Source of the DNA: Chrysomallon squamiferum
Taxonomy: Eukaryota > Animalia > Mollusca
Direction of reading: 5' to 3'
DNA: 64,000 nt
Assembly: GCA_012295275.1 (NCBI GenBank)
Contig: CM022665.1
Location: 40,920,001 to 40,984,000 of the forward strand
A program made the translations under genes and the position numbers. Below, piece by piece: positions 38,571 to 53,185 of the stretch. The number at the start of each line of letters is the position of its first letter. Position 1 is the first letter of the stretch. The notes beneath the pieces are model-generated. The model saw only the letters and a list, made by a program, of their open reading frames with translations. It had not been told where the DNA came from and searched no databases.

Positions 38571-39752
38571 AGAAGTTTTATTACTTTTTATTTCTGAATA
38601 TAATTACCCATTAAATTATCTTACATCTTCAAAATACTTTATTATACATTATCTTGGGCATCGTCTCAAGCAAACACACAAAATTATTTTTTTAATTCAC
38701 ATTCTTATATTCATGTATTCTTGAATGTCTGTACCTAAGAAATTATCTTAACATTTATATCAAAGTTACTTTGATTATTGAATTTGTTGCTATTTTATTG
38801 TTTTGTTTCATTTCATTTCATTTTCTTTCATCTTAGGTTTGAGGATTATTATTATTTATATATATTTTAGTGTTTTATTTCTTTAAAAAAAAAAAAAAAA
38901 AAAAAAAATTAATGCAACTTTTTTCTCTATCAATATTTAGTCTGCATTTGTTTTAATTCCATTTCAATATTGAGCCATTAAGATTATGATCATATTTGCA
39001 AGGTAAATCTGCTTGGTATGTGTAAGCAGCTATTAATGATGATATATTTGCTGGTATGTTTACATCTTTTGCTAATGGTGTATTTGTAGAAGTCTTTAGT
39101 GTTGAATCAGTTTTATTATTTGGTTCAAATTCCTGTAGACATATTAAACAAGGGCTGTATCCAATGTTTGTCTTTTTTATTCTGTTTCTTTATTCTTCCT
39201 CATCCATTATTACTTCATTAGCCTAAATCAATATCAACTGATTTGTGTTTGTTAGAATCTGAACTCATATCACATTTTATATTATGAATAATTAAATAGC
39301 CTCTCAGTTATCTACTGAGATAGGTAAATATGGTATTTTTTTATTTTTATACATCTTTTGTTTTATCTTCTTTTATTTTATTTAGTTACTTTATTATTAT
39401 TTTTTTATTATTATTATTATCATTGTTGTTATTATTGTCAGTATTTTTATTTATTGTTATCAATATTATTATCATTGTTATTTCTTTTTCTTCTTTTTTT
39501 TATATTTGTTTTTTACTTTTTTTATGAATTACTGATTTGACACTATTTTTTTTTTCATCAGTTATCTAGTTTGTAAGTAGCAATACAAATATTAATGCAT
39601 AATCAGCACAGAACAATTTCTTTTTATTTCTCTGACATATGTTAATATTTCATCAGCAAGGTTCAAAATAACAACTGGATTATAGTTATCAATAATAAAT
39701 CATCATTTGTCTCAATAAATATTTTATCCCACGCTACCACACACGCACATGT

Positions 39753-39753
<1 letters not shown>

Positions 39754-39819
<66 letters not shown>
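39754..39819. repeat. (CA)n microsatellite
   Basis: Directly visible. Confidence 0.99.
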
Positions 39820-39823
<4 letters not shown>

Positions 39824-40417
39824 TGCACATGCATATACACATTATTTCTGGTTGTCTTTGCTTTACAGTAGAAATGTAAACATCACATATTTTTCCACAT
39901 AAAGTTCGGCTTTTTTTTTTTTTTGCTTTTCTATTTTACTGATAACCCATCTTTGTGTAAGATATTTTATTTCTTATGGCAAAAACTAGATTCAGAAGAA
40001 AGATTTTGCTTCAGTTTCTTAACAGGACTATGTAGTAACAGAATGACAACATCAGAAGAAGCTCATCTTTTTAATATCCCAATCTGAATGATGCGGCATT
40101 CCACTGAAATTATCACCTCGGTACAAACACACATCACTTTGGTTGTAATCATCATTATAATATACTTGAGTGATAATTAAATTAAGCAGCGGTCATGGCA
40201 AAGTGATGGTCAGATGATAAATAATGGACATCTCGTGATTGATAGCTTATACGTATATCTACGTGTTTTCCAACACCAAAGTGTTGTTTTCAGAATATTG
40301 CTGGGAAATATTTGGCTGAGTGAGAGTGAGTGATTGTGTGAATATGGGACTGTGGAAATGTGTGAGTGTGTGAATGTGTATATGATTTGATGTAATGTAT
40401 ATATATATGCTGGTACA

Positions 40418-40421
<4 letters not shown>

Positions 40422-40465
<44 letters not shown>
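40422..40465. repeat. (TG)n microsatellite
   Basis: Directly visible. Confidence 0.99.
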
Positions 40466-40466
<1 letters not shown>

Positions 40467-42270
40467 ATTTTCTTGTACATATGTAAGTGTGTCTATAGAA
40501 AATATGTATTTGTTTTTTTAATAAACAGTATATTAAAGTTCTGCATTTTGTTTTTGTGTCTGGGTGTATGTATGTATGTATGTACTATTTTATTATTATT
40601 ATTATTATTAGCAGCAGTAGTAGTAGTAGTAGTAGTGGAGTAACAGCAACAGCAGCAGCAGCAGTATTTATGCATATTAGATAACATTTACTTTAAAAAA
40701 GGTGAGGGGGATTACTTGAACATTTTTCACTGAGTAGCATACCGTGTTAATATTATCAGATTATTTATTCTGGATTTTATTTAAAAATAAATAATTAATT
40801 ACTGACATTTAAACGGATAAATATCTTTTATTTTTTATTTTCAAACCAAATGATTTCAGAAGTGAAAAGAAATTGTTCTGTCATTGTCATCCTTTACTGC
40901 ACATGCAAATTCATATCACAACAACTCCGTAAAAGATAATTAATATTTTACCACTCACCTTTTTTGCACTTGAAATGAACTTACAGAATAATGAAAGTAC
41001 ATTATTACATATGGAAATTTTCATTTGTCACTGCTTTAACTGTTGTTGGGTTTTTTTTGGGGGGGTGGTTTGGAGGGTTGGATTTTGTTTTGTTTTGTTT
41101 TCTTAATGAATGGTAAAAGCATAAAACAAAACTGGAATTTTCTGTTAAATCTTTTTTTTATTGTTTTTTCATCTTTCATCAAAGGCGGTGGGACACAGAC
41201 CAGAACACAGAGACAATTTTTTAATTTGTTATCTTTTTATTTTTATTCTTTCGTTCTTTATTTATTTATTTATTTATTTATTTATTATTATTATTATTTT
41301 TTTTTTTGGTCTTGTTTATTTTTTAATTATTATTATTATTATTATTATTGCACTTACAACAATCTTTTTCTTCCTTCATTTAAAAAAAAAAAAAAAAACC
41401 TGAAAGAAAAAAATAAACGTTTGAACAGAACTGAAGAACATGCAATAAGCAGTGAAAAGTCAGGAAGGAAAACTTGAGGTCTTCTAATCAATGGTGCTGA
41501 AAGTACCCGAGAAGAATGTCAACTGTGAAGAAGGAAGATCCTTTTGTTATTTTCACTGACTAATTAGATGTATGTGTCCTTAATTTAATCTTCATGCTTG
41601 CCAAACTTGAATGGGCTCACCTCACAGGGAAATTGAGAAAAGTTGTCAGCAGAACTGCTTCTTCAAATGCTGGTTTATTATTTTGGATTTTCATTCAGAG
41701 TGCAGTTAATTTTATTTTTATTTGACTGTAGAGACATCTGTCCCACTGTACTGGACTGTTAATAAACCTGATGTCAAATTTTGGGTTGTTGGGGTTGTGA
41801 ACTCTGTATGTTTTTGATCTGAAGTTAGAGAAAGATTATGAAAAGTCTCCAAGCAGATTTGTGTATGGTGATAGTAATGGAAGTTTGGTGCGAAAGAATG
41901 AAGAGTTATATTTTATGTGTGCTATATTACTGACAAATTGTCCTTTTATTTCTGTCTGACACATACACACACATATATGACATATTTGGACATATGTATA
42001 TAACTCTTATTTTTATTTCTCTAATGTGCCATTATCTTAGAACATCCACCTCACAATTTCTTGCCAATTGCAGAAGTAGCACATTTGACATTCTTACTAT
42101 GACAGTATCATTCTCTTCAGATTTCTTGAAATGGCAAAAGCAGAAAAATTACTCGTCTGTACAGAAACCATAATTACACATCTTCTTCAGTCTGGATGTA
42201 TGTGAGATCTTCAGTGTCTTAAGATAGATTTTTTTCTCTTTTTTTTCTTCTGTTCTTGTTTTTTGGCATT

Positions 42271-42304
<34 letters not shown>

Positions 42305-45300
42305 CTTTGGTTTTTTGGGGGTTAAAGAAAAAGTCTCTTATAAAAAAAGGCATATTTAGTTACATGTTTGATAACTTTTGAAAAACAAAGAACAAAAAGA
42401 TTAATAATTGAAATAAACTATTATTAATAATGGGGTTTTTTTTAAGTTCATAATAGCTGTTTTAAAAAATAGCATTCAATGAAGAAGAATAAATATATAT
42501 TTTTTTTAAATGTTGTTACTAAGTTAGAAAATAAGTAAGTCAGAATTAAAAAAACTGATGCATAATGTTTTAAAATCAGTCTTAATCAACTGTTTTGTTA
42601 CTAAGAAAAAACAGAACTAAATACAGCTAATAATAATTATATCAAAAGCAAAAAAAAAAATAATAATAAGAAGAAAACAAACCACTAGTAATAACAATAC
42701 TCCTACACTAAGCTTTAATAAAAGAAAAAAACCAGCATCTCAATGAAATCTGCAAACCAAGTGTCTTTTTTTTTTTAAATTTTTTTTTTATTTTTATTTT
42801 TTTTTTTTATTGTGATCTTTTTAAATCACATTAATAATCAATATGTCCGAGTTTTCCTTCTTCAATGAATAAACTTCCTGATCAATAAAATAAAAACTTC
42901 ATCTTTTCTCTCATCAACACACAACTCCGTGAACAGCAATAACACACTGATTCAAACTGACTTATTATATCGATTGGAAAACAATGATAAAAAAGTAATA
43001 GGAATAATAAGGCCCAAGAAAACACTATATATTATAATACATGACCTCAGTGGCTTGTTGTTGTTTTTTTTGTTGGTTTTTATTTTTTATTTTTTTTTGG
43101 TTGTTTTTGCCCTTGAGATTTGTTTTTCTGCAGACCTTACTGAAATAAAAATATAAAAAAGTTATTCAGTAACATGTTGGCCCACATGGAATTTATGATT
43201 CTAATTTTGATAAATGATTCCTTATGTTAGAAATGTCTTCTATTAGAAATTGTAATCATTTTTGGTTAACGTTTCCAAATATTAGAAACTGAATTTGTAA
43301 ATTATAATTGTGTAAATGGAAAATCAGCATTTTAAAATAAGAGAGCAAAACCTTATTGCCAGGTCATGTGTTTATATAAAAATAGGGCGCTAATGGATAA
43401 ATATAGTCCTGCAGTGGATTATCTTGTGATATAATAATTATAAAAGAAATGAATTCATGGAGTTCTTGCTGTGTGTTGAAACAAATAATGAGTGGCATTT
43501 TGAATGGACAAAAAGCAGAGTGTAAGCAGTGCATGAACTCCATGACTGTAATTCTCAATGGTTTTTTTAAATGAATATTTATTGTTATTGTTTATATTGT
43601 ACTGTAAGATTTTTTATTACATTTATTATTGTTTGCAAATATGTTAGTTAAATGGTGAGAATATGCATAATTTTTTTGTTTTTTGTTTATCATGTTCTAA
43701 TGGTAGACACTGATGATATATTCTGAGGACCTCATACTATTAAAAACATTATTTTCAAAACAAAGAGACCACACAATTTAGAAAAAAAGAAGAAACCTTT
43801 GATATAACTTAAATGTTAAATAATTTTATACTTTCAAAATAAAAATGAAAACAAAAATGTAGCAGTAAACGTTAAAAAGAATCTAACTATTGCTTCCATA
43901 TTGCAAAGAGTGATTATTAAGGAGATCATAAATATTTTTATGGAGTTATTTTTGTATTATTTATTGTCAGATTGTTTCAGTTTTTATTAAAAATTTTATT
44001 ATTTTTTATTTGATTTCATGAGGGGGATTTGTTTCTTTTCTTACTTTTTTCAAAATGTCATGTCCATTATTTTATTATTTATGTTCCAGAATATTACTTT
44101 GAAACTTTTACTGGAAATCTTTTCCTGCTGTTTTAATTTTTGGGTCCAGTAATCTTCAACTTTATATATGTCCATAGCACCATCTTTAATAATGAATGAT
44201 CAGTGTCTTATAAATGTTTAGGCATTTTTTAGGAATTTACGATATTAAAAACAATTTTACAATTTTAGGAGATAACGGTATTAAAACTAATAAAAGGGTT
44301 GAAAATTTCTATGTAAAACAGTATTAACCTTAAAAACACTCTATTGTTACTGTTGTCAAAAATTATAAAAGTTCTTCAGAATATCTGATTTTTTAAACAA
44401 TATTTTATTTATTTTCCACCTCTTAGCTGTAACCTTTTTGTCAGTGGATATTCTTTCACAAAGTCATCATTTTTGAAGTTGTGAAGAAAAGATAAAAAAA
44501 AACCACCTTTCTCTTTTGATAACGAATTTTAATTCTTTCTTTGAAGTGGAATAAATGTAGCTATTTTATTCTTGTCTATATAAAAGTAGATAAATAAACA
44601 ACATCATTTTCTAAAAGCATCAATTATCTTTAAGTGCTTCTTGTATTGTTGTAAATAAACCATTTTATTCCACAAAACTGCTAAAATAAGAAGAAGAAGA
44701 AGAAAATTTTATGAGAAAATAAACACTGTTTCAAAACTCTGAAAAGTAAAGTTGTGGCAAACAACGTTAGTTTGAAGTACAAAGTTTTTGGCTAAAAAGT
44801 ATTAGCCAAGCCCATTATTTACTTTAATTATATTAATGTAGCCACAGGCACAATGAATACACAGCTTTTTGTGAATAGGAAATAAATGAAATTAGTGACG
44901 GTTAAAATATCCTACAGCTCATCATTTCTTTTTTCTCTCTCCAAAGGTAAATTTAAATGTAATTCTGTTGAGCTGTACTCTTTTTTCTTTATCTTTCTTT
45001 TACTTTTTTGCTTTTTACTTTTTAAAAAAAAAAAAAAATGGTTTTTATACATTTCATTTCATCATCGTTATTGCTATAAGCACTGTTGTTTTATTATATT
45101 CAATATATTTTTCTTTGTTCTTTTATTATTATTATTTACTCAAAATCAAAACAAGCTACAAATATAGTTTTTACGATTTTTATATTTAATTTTTTTATTA
45201 TTCTTGTTTTTCATATTGTTTAATTTTTATTTAATTTAAATTTCTTATTGAACTTTAGCTTTTTTTTTCCTTCTTTTTTTTTTTATACTGGTAAAACAAA

Positions 45301-45947
45301 AATGAACCAAGAGAAAAAAAAACATGGCTGTAGTTAAAACATATTTAATTAAAATAAATATCTTTTTTAAAGACATGTAATTTCTTTCTATTATCCTCGA
45401 AAGACTACCATATTTTAAACATTTCATTATTTCGTCTTTAAACCGAAATAGCCATTGGTCATATCTTTTAACCTTAAGAACAAAAGGGTTAAAAGTATTG
45501 GAGTAATTATCAGAAAAGTTTTTGATGAGTGCGAACAAAAGAAAAACAGAAAATTGAATTCTTTTATCATTTTGTTTGATAGTCTGCAAGTGTATATATA
45601 CACTGATGATGTTTCCAAACAGTTCTATACATTGTTTTGAGACTACATTATTTTATTATATTAATATAGTATTATGTTGTTGTTGTCTTTTGTGGCTTTT
45701 TTTAATCATATCATCATTTGTAAGAACATTTCTAACATTCTGAATACCTCAGCTATTTAATCAACTGTAATGTGTTCTTTGTATGTGGTTTATGTCTTAT
45801 ATTTACTTTGTACTGTTTCTTTCTGAATGCTGGTATATAATTAATATCATGATATAAAGTATCTATAAATTTTGTAGACATAAAATCATGATATGATGTG
45901 GTGTGTGTATGTGTGGTACTAATAACAAAACAACCCCTGACATTAAT

Positions 45948-45951
<4 letters not shown>

Positions 45952-46034
<83 letters not shown>
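45952..46034. repeat. (AG)n followed by (AGAC)n microsatellite
   Basis: Directly visible. Confidence 0.99.
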
Positions 46035-47547
46035 TAATGAATCATGAGAGGTCAGTCTCTGCTAACACTCCATAAGTTAATGTTATTGGCTCATATTAAG
46101 GGATTTGTTTTATTATTATTTATTTATTTTTTTGGTATGAACAACAATCTACAAAACACACATAACCCAGCACAATGCAACATCATCATGGGAAAAGAGC
46201 TGAAATATCACACTGGTCGAGATTATCCAACACAGAACAAGTACCATAACCACTGAACTACAGTTTGCTCAGGAGAACTCTTGTAGATTGAATTATCTTT
46301 AGAAAACTTCCTGGCAGATTAAGGGCATGTGTACTAATATGTACTTGTCTTTCTTTCTTGTCATGTTCTGTATTGACATTATATGACAAGATATTTATTT
46401 AATCTTCCATTGCTTTTACACTAATTGCATCTATTTAACAGTGTACATGTTGTAATGGCAGACCTTTCAAATCTGTTTTTATTCCAAAAATAATCTGTAA
46501 GTATTTTATCATATATTTATTTTTGTCAGATATAAAAATGAAGGTAGTGACTTTTTTTTTTTTTTTCGTGTGTATTTACTTTTTTTTATTATTATTAATA
46601 TTGTTAGATTTTGTTTATTTGGTACTGAATTGATCAGACATTTTCATCAACTGAAATAATTTCCTGTTAATATTCATAAAATGAAATCTTCAGAATTTCT
46701 TAGAACCAGAAATTATGAAAAAAAATCTATATTGAATAGTTTTTTTCTTGTCTTTCGTTACATTTTATTATTATTATTGTTTTGTTTTTTGCAACTTGTT
46801 TTTTTTTTTTTTTTTTTTTTAATGTTATGGTTAGTGAAGAACAGTTTTGTTTGAAAAAGTTATTTGTGACACTTTATTTATGAAATATTTGTTTTATTTT
46901 TTCACAATTTACCTAAAGCTATATTTTTAACAATGACCACAAAATATTTTATCAGAAACAAAATTGGATATTTTGTTAATAAAATATTCATCCAAATGCC
47001 AAATACCACATTTTATAAATACACAAAAGCAAAATGTTTATAATAAATTTTCAGTATATTGTAATTTGAAATTTTTACCTCAAGGCTTATAAGTCAAGAA
47101 CTAAAAATTCATTAAATATAAAATTAGTCAAAATTTTAATAATACTAGTGTTTATTATTGCTCCTGCTACTACTACTGTTACTATTATTTTGATCTGCAC
47201 TGCTACTATTGCTACTACTGCTGCTGCTACAACTACTACTACTATTAGTACAACATCTCCTGTCACTACTACTGCTGTGAATACTGATAATGGGTTCTTT
47301 AATTAGAGAAAATATAATTAAAATATAAATAATAATCATGAAAGGACAACTCTCCATGCTTTCGGAAATTGAGAAGAATGTGGATTAAACAAAGTCATCT
47401 GAAAGTGAAGCTTACATTGTTTTATTCACTTTTCCTTACCTACATCATAATAAGTCAGTATAATGTGTTTTGTCCAAAGATCTTTTTTATATGACTTATG
47501 CTGTCACTGAATTTATTGAAATTGTCTTTGTTTTTTTGTATAGTTAT

Positions 47548-47604
47548 CAGAGAGAGAGAAAGAGAGAGAATGAATGAATGAATGAATGAATGAATGAATG
47601 AATG
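47548..47604. repeat. (AG)n/(GAAT)n microsatellite
   Basis: Directly visible. Confidence 0.97.
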
Positions 47605-50267
47605 GTTTTCTTGAGTGCTGCATTCATAACATGAATCTATTCCAAAATACACATCACATTAACTTCATTTACGGCATCATGGTAGGCAATGACAAATTTT
47701 ACATTCTCTCACAAACCCATTGCAAGATATTGGAAAAAAAAAAAACAATCTGTTTATTATTTTTGCTTATAGTTCATACAGTTTCTTTTGGCCCATGAGT
47801 ACATTTGATATCAATTATGTCATCTCTGTCTCCCCTTGAAACTCAGTGTACTCTGGTAAGGCTGTCAATCAGAAAGAGAGAGAGAGAAGAAGAACGGAAT
47901 TCTCAAGTGTTGAATTAGTAACAGGAATCCATTCCATACCGGCACTTCAAGTTAACTTCATTCACAAAGTCTTGTAGCCGGTGACAGTTTTTCACTATTA
48001 TGCCCACACCAGAGAAGCTTGACCGAAATCAAGCCTGTGTAAGGATATTGGATTACCTATGAGTATATGTTTTTTTTTTAGTTATAATTTTTTTTCTACG
48101 TTATGGTCATAAAAAAAAAAAAAAAAAAAAATAACTTGTTTGGTTGAAAAAATTGAACTAGTGAACCAGAATAATGATGCAGAATTTGATGGCTTCTTTT
48201 GGCAGATTGAGATACAGTTTCTCAGAAAAAAAAATAGATCATCGTATAAAAAGACAGAGAAGTATGGTGTCAGTGATAGTATAGTCCTGATTACTTGTTC
48301 TGTATAAAAATTTCATATGAAGTACACATATCACAACAGGGGACTTAGATTTTTTTTTTTTTTTTTTTTTTTTTTGCATTTCCTTGTTGTTGGGTGTTTT
48401 TAAAGACATTTTTTAATAAAAATTTTGGATTTTTTAAACAAATATTTTTAGATTTTTATATATTAAGAAGTAAAATCTTTACAATATTCAAATTTTATCG
48501 TTACGTTTTGCTGTCAGTGGTACCAGTTTACAATAATATTTTCTTCTTCTTCTTCTTTAAATCTGTTGTCTTCCTGAGGTTGGTTTGTGATAACACAAGA
48601 AACACTGTAAAACACTTCTCCGATAAAAGAGAAATTATCCACAAAGTATCAAAGAACTTAGAAGTTTCTGACACTATCGAGTAACAATCAGTGCACTGGT
48701 TTCCCCCATTTAACAACAAATTGATATCTCTTTACACCCGATTAACAAGATATTAACCTTAACTTTTCCTTATAATTAATAGATATTTAACTCTAATTTT
48801 ACCACAGTTAATAATTAATTAACCTTACTTTTCCTGTAATTAAAAATGTATTAACCCTACTTTTCCCCCCCCCTCACCACCACCACCCAGTCAAAAATGT
48901 CAGGCTGCCATTTTTATAACAAGTCTGCAAGAATGACATAGCCATCTTCTTTAGCTTTTGTTTAAATCCCTTCCCATCATTAATAGAAAGACATCTGTTG
49001 AAGTATTTCCAAGTGGAACAACATTGACATCTTTCATCTTTACCATGCAACAATAATTAGATTGTCTTTCATACTTCACAAAGACTAAATTATAAATAAA
49101 ATACCATCACTGACGATAGAGTGCAGATAACCTTTTTTTATACTTACATTCTATTGTTTTGCTGTTTAGGTGTTTTAGTGCATTAGTTTTGTCTTGTTTT
49201 TATACTGCTTACAATTGTTGTTATTTTTAATGTGTTACTGAGTGTTGTACTGTATTTATTATTGTTATTATTGTTTGTTGTTACTATTTTAATTTGTAGT
49301 TGTGCTGTTGTTATTCTTCTGTTATTTTTATTTTATTATTATTTGTTGTATCTATCACTGTTATTATCATTCTTATCATCAGCATCATCATCATTATCAT
49401 TATTATCCTAATTATTATTATTAATATTATTATTAGTTGTTGTTGTGTTGTTTTTATTATATAATTTTTTCTGTTGTTGTTATTACTAGTACTATTTATA
49501 TTATTAACTTATTTTTAATACTTTATATCAAACAGCATGGAACAACAACAACAACAACAATAATAATAATTTCCACAATAATTATCACCATAAACATTAT
49601 GATCAAATGGTATTCAAAATGATAATTGAAATCTGTAAGGTTCTATTCATATTTCCCCATCCTGAAGTGATAGGAATAAATTAATACCTAAATAGATATT
49701 TATTACTGGTATCTAGGCAAACTATTACAAATGAATGAATTAACAAATATTAAAATAGTTATTACTATTATTTTGTTTTAAATGATAAAACTTGGGGCTA
49801 TTATTCTTAAGGCTACTTTTACATATTAATAATCTTGAGACTACTGCCCTACATATATATATATATATATGTATATATGAATTTACCATTAATTAGTGTG
49901 ATATTGTTAGCTTCAGGTGTGAACTAATAAAATTTTAATATTCTTGTTTTATTACTTCTACCTGGTTTTATTTCATTGGTTCATTCATACAGTGTAGTTA
50001 GTTAAGTAACATTTTCATTTTTAGTGTCTATGTGATAGACAGGATTTCTTCCAAGAGGATAAACAAAATTTCAAATTGGTGTAGTGCAGTGGTAGGTTGT
50101 GTATTGTGGCTTTGATAATTTTTTTTTCTTTTTTTTTTTTTCTCTGAATCTTCACTTAAAAGTGAAAATATATATACTGTTAAATAATAAGAGTGGTTAG
50201 GATTTGGTAATATTAACATATGTTTTTACATTCCTCAAATAACATATGCCTTTATTAACACTGGAGT

Positions 50268-50505
50268 GATGCGTCTATAGTTTAATGGTACAGCATTTGC
50301 TTGGGTTGTAGGATCAATTTATTGGTTTATTGGATTGTTTTCCCATTCGTCCCTTTTCTTTAAACTGGTGTTTCAAAGACTAAGGTATGTGTTTTTGCAT
50401 CTTTTGCCAAAATTACTCATTGGTAATTAATACAAAATTAAAACTGAGATTTTGTAACCATTAATTATTATTTGAAAATGTGTGGAAGTATTTTTAAACA
50501 AATAT
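50268..50505 (+). mobile_element. Degenerate tRNA-derived SINE
   Basis: A-box-like head (tatagtttaatggtacagca), B-box-like segment (aggatcaa), core (actggtgtttcaaagactaaggtatgtg) and tail (aaaatgtgtggaagtatttttaaacaaa). A similar tail occurs at 14662-14688. Confidence 0.55.
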
Positions 50506-50559
50506 ATTTTCATTGGTTTAGTCACTTTTGTACAGTTATCACAGAAGACCTGTAGAGTC

Positions 50560-51580
50560 TTAACCTCAGATGTATTTGGTTACAAGATCAATTCTACTTT
50601 GTTCCTCTATTTGAATATTTCTCATATTACATCATAATTCATTTAATAAAAACTGTGGTATGTGCTGTGCTGTATAATAGAAAATGTATTTAAAGATACT
50701 GGGTGATAATTGATAAAAATATATGACATATGTTGCAATGCTGTAAATTAGAAGTTACATGTTTAAATTCTTGGCTGCAAACTGATAAAAATAAGTAATA
50801 ATTTAGTTTTAAAAGGCCAAGGCATATTTTGTGCTGTTTATTTGAAAATGTTTTAAAGAAAGTTAATTGATAAACTTATATCATAACCTGGTTATTAAAT
50901 GACAACATATGTGCTGTGCTGTATCTTAGAAACTGTTAATACAGATCCCTAGTATTGAATTAACCAACTTAAAGACCAAGAGATGTGATGTGCTCTATCT
51001 GTCTTTAAAGATCCCTGGTATCTAACTGACAATTGGTTACTAAAGTCCAGGGTATGTGCTGTGCTGTACTCTATCAGACTGAACTGATAGTTGGTCATTA
51101 AAGTCCATCTTAATAACTGATTTCAAATATCCCAGATTTGTATACTGATTATTAAATGCCAGGGAATGTACTGCAATATATCTTAGAAACCATTTTTAAA
51201 GATCACTAGTATTAAACTGTTAATTAATTATTAGAGAAAAAGGTATATGTTCTGATATATCTTAGAAATATGTGTTTTTAAAGGTCCCTAATATAAAATT
51301 GTTAATTGGTTATTAAATACCAGTGTATGTGCTTTGATGTATATAAGAAACTATTTTTGTTTTATGGATCCCTAATATGAAATTAGTTATTAAATGCCAG
51401 AGAATGTTCCGACTTGTATCTTAGAAACTTTTTAACTTTCTTGGCTGCTAACTGATAAAGGAACTCAGAGTACTGTGGCACTGGGTTTCCTGTCGTGTAT
51501 AATCACATCAAAAAAAAATTTGTTTGATGTCTAATAATTGTTAATAATAAAAAAATATGCTTAGATATCACTTAACATTG
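50560..51580 (+). mobile_element. SINE copy whose central core is tandemly amplified about ten times
   Basis: ggtatgtgctgtgctg...aaagatccct.gta units at ~50658, 50726, 50821, 50904, 50980, 51051, 51163, 51242, 51324 and 51401. They are followed once by the downstream SINE part (cttggctgctaa...gtggcactgggtttcct). Confidence 0.65.
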
Positions 51581-52794
51581 ATTTGTTCCTGCCATTATTA
51601 ATCTTTGGACGCCACTCTTCACACATTTGTTTCATAGCAGACGTGAAGTAATTTTCATATTCCAGTCTAATGTTTTAACGCACTGTCTGCTGTTACAGTC
51701 ACGCCATAATGCCTGTACAATATTTTATTTATATCTCCTTAGTGTGATACATTTAAATATCATCACCATAGTGTCTGATACCGCTTTTATCTTACATCTT
51801 AAAAGCTGTGATGAAATCTTTGGTATTTTCTCACCAACAAAAGATTTCCTGTTTCATTGTTAAAAGCATAAATGCAACCTCTGTTTCTTTTTTTTTTTCT
51901 TCACATTATTTGCAATTTATAGTCTTGCAGCTATGATACATAATATTTCAAGATGCACTGAATCTAAGACATTTTTTTTTAACTTTTATTTTTATATTCA
52001 AAAGATCTGTAGCAGAAAAACATTTTTGTTTGTTTAAAAAAAAAAAATATAGAGAAAAGGTTTTCAATAACCATCCACTTATTAATATATGTTTTCAATG
52101 CTTATAATTTTTGCTGACACTATCATTTTTCCTTGTTTCAGTATATTGTTTCAAAAGCTTTGACATCTACCTCATAATGAAAGTAGAACTGTATACCAGA
52201 TTCTGAACATTATTTTTTTCTTTTAAATTTTTCATTTTCTGTGATGATGAGATTTTCAGAAATACCTTTTGCTTCTCTCTTAATCTTTAACTTTTCTAAT
52301 TTTAGCATCCATCATTATTCACTGTGACAGTTTTATTAAAGGCCATTGTTTGTATTTTTTCTTATGATTTAACATGAAACATTCTGTGAAACGTTTGTCT
52401 GTAACTTCTACTAATCCTGTTTTAATTCTTTTTTAAAATGTTGAGTCTGTATACAAGGTCCCAGTTCCTGGTTGTTTTTTTTCCTTAAAATGTAACCTGA
52501 AATATTGTATGAAATATTTGTCAGTATCCTATTTTTTATTCCTTAAGAATTCTTTCAAGTTTTGCAAACAAGGATTCATTTCCTAGTTTTAATTTCATTG
52601 CAATTTAAAACACTGTGTGAAAATGTTGTCTGTTAGATCTGTTATAATTCTTTAATAATTTTATAAAGCTTGCATACAGTTTTTATTTCCTAATTTCATT
52701 TCCTTATGTTTTAACATGAAAAATTATATTAATATTTTGCTAGAATAAAGGTCTTGGTATACAGTTTTATTTCCTTAACAACAGTATGAAGTTT

Positions 52795-53185
52795 TGTCTG
52801 CAAATTATTTTAATATCTTTAACATGCAAAATTCACTGTTCTTATTTTAGTATCTTTAACATACAAATTTACACTTCATATTTTAGTATATTTAACCTAC
52901 AAATTTACCATTTTCATTTTATTATTCTTATCATGCAAATTTATGGTTCTTTTTTTTAATATCTTTTAATCTTCAAACTTACCTCCTTATTTTAATATCT
53001 TTTAATCTTCAAACTTACCTCCTTATTTTAATATTTTTAACTTACAAATTTACTATTCTTATTTATAGTATCTTTAACATTGATATTTTACCTTTCTTAT
53101 TTTAATATCTTTGACAATACAAATTTACTATTCTTATTCTAATATCTTTAACATACAAATTTACTGTTTTTAACCTACAAATTTC
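52795..53185. repeat. ~36-38-bp minisatellite
   Basis: tatctttaacatacaaatttact.ttcttatttta repeated about ten times. A more degenerate longer-period array precedes it (~52330-52795). Confidence 0.9.
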
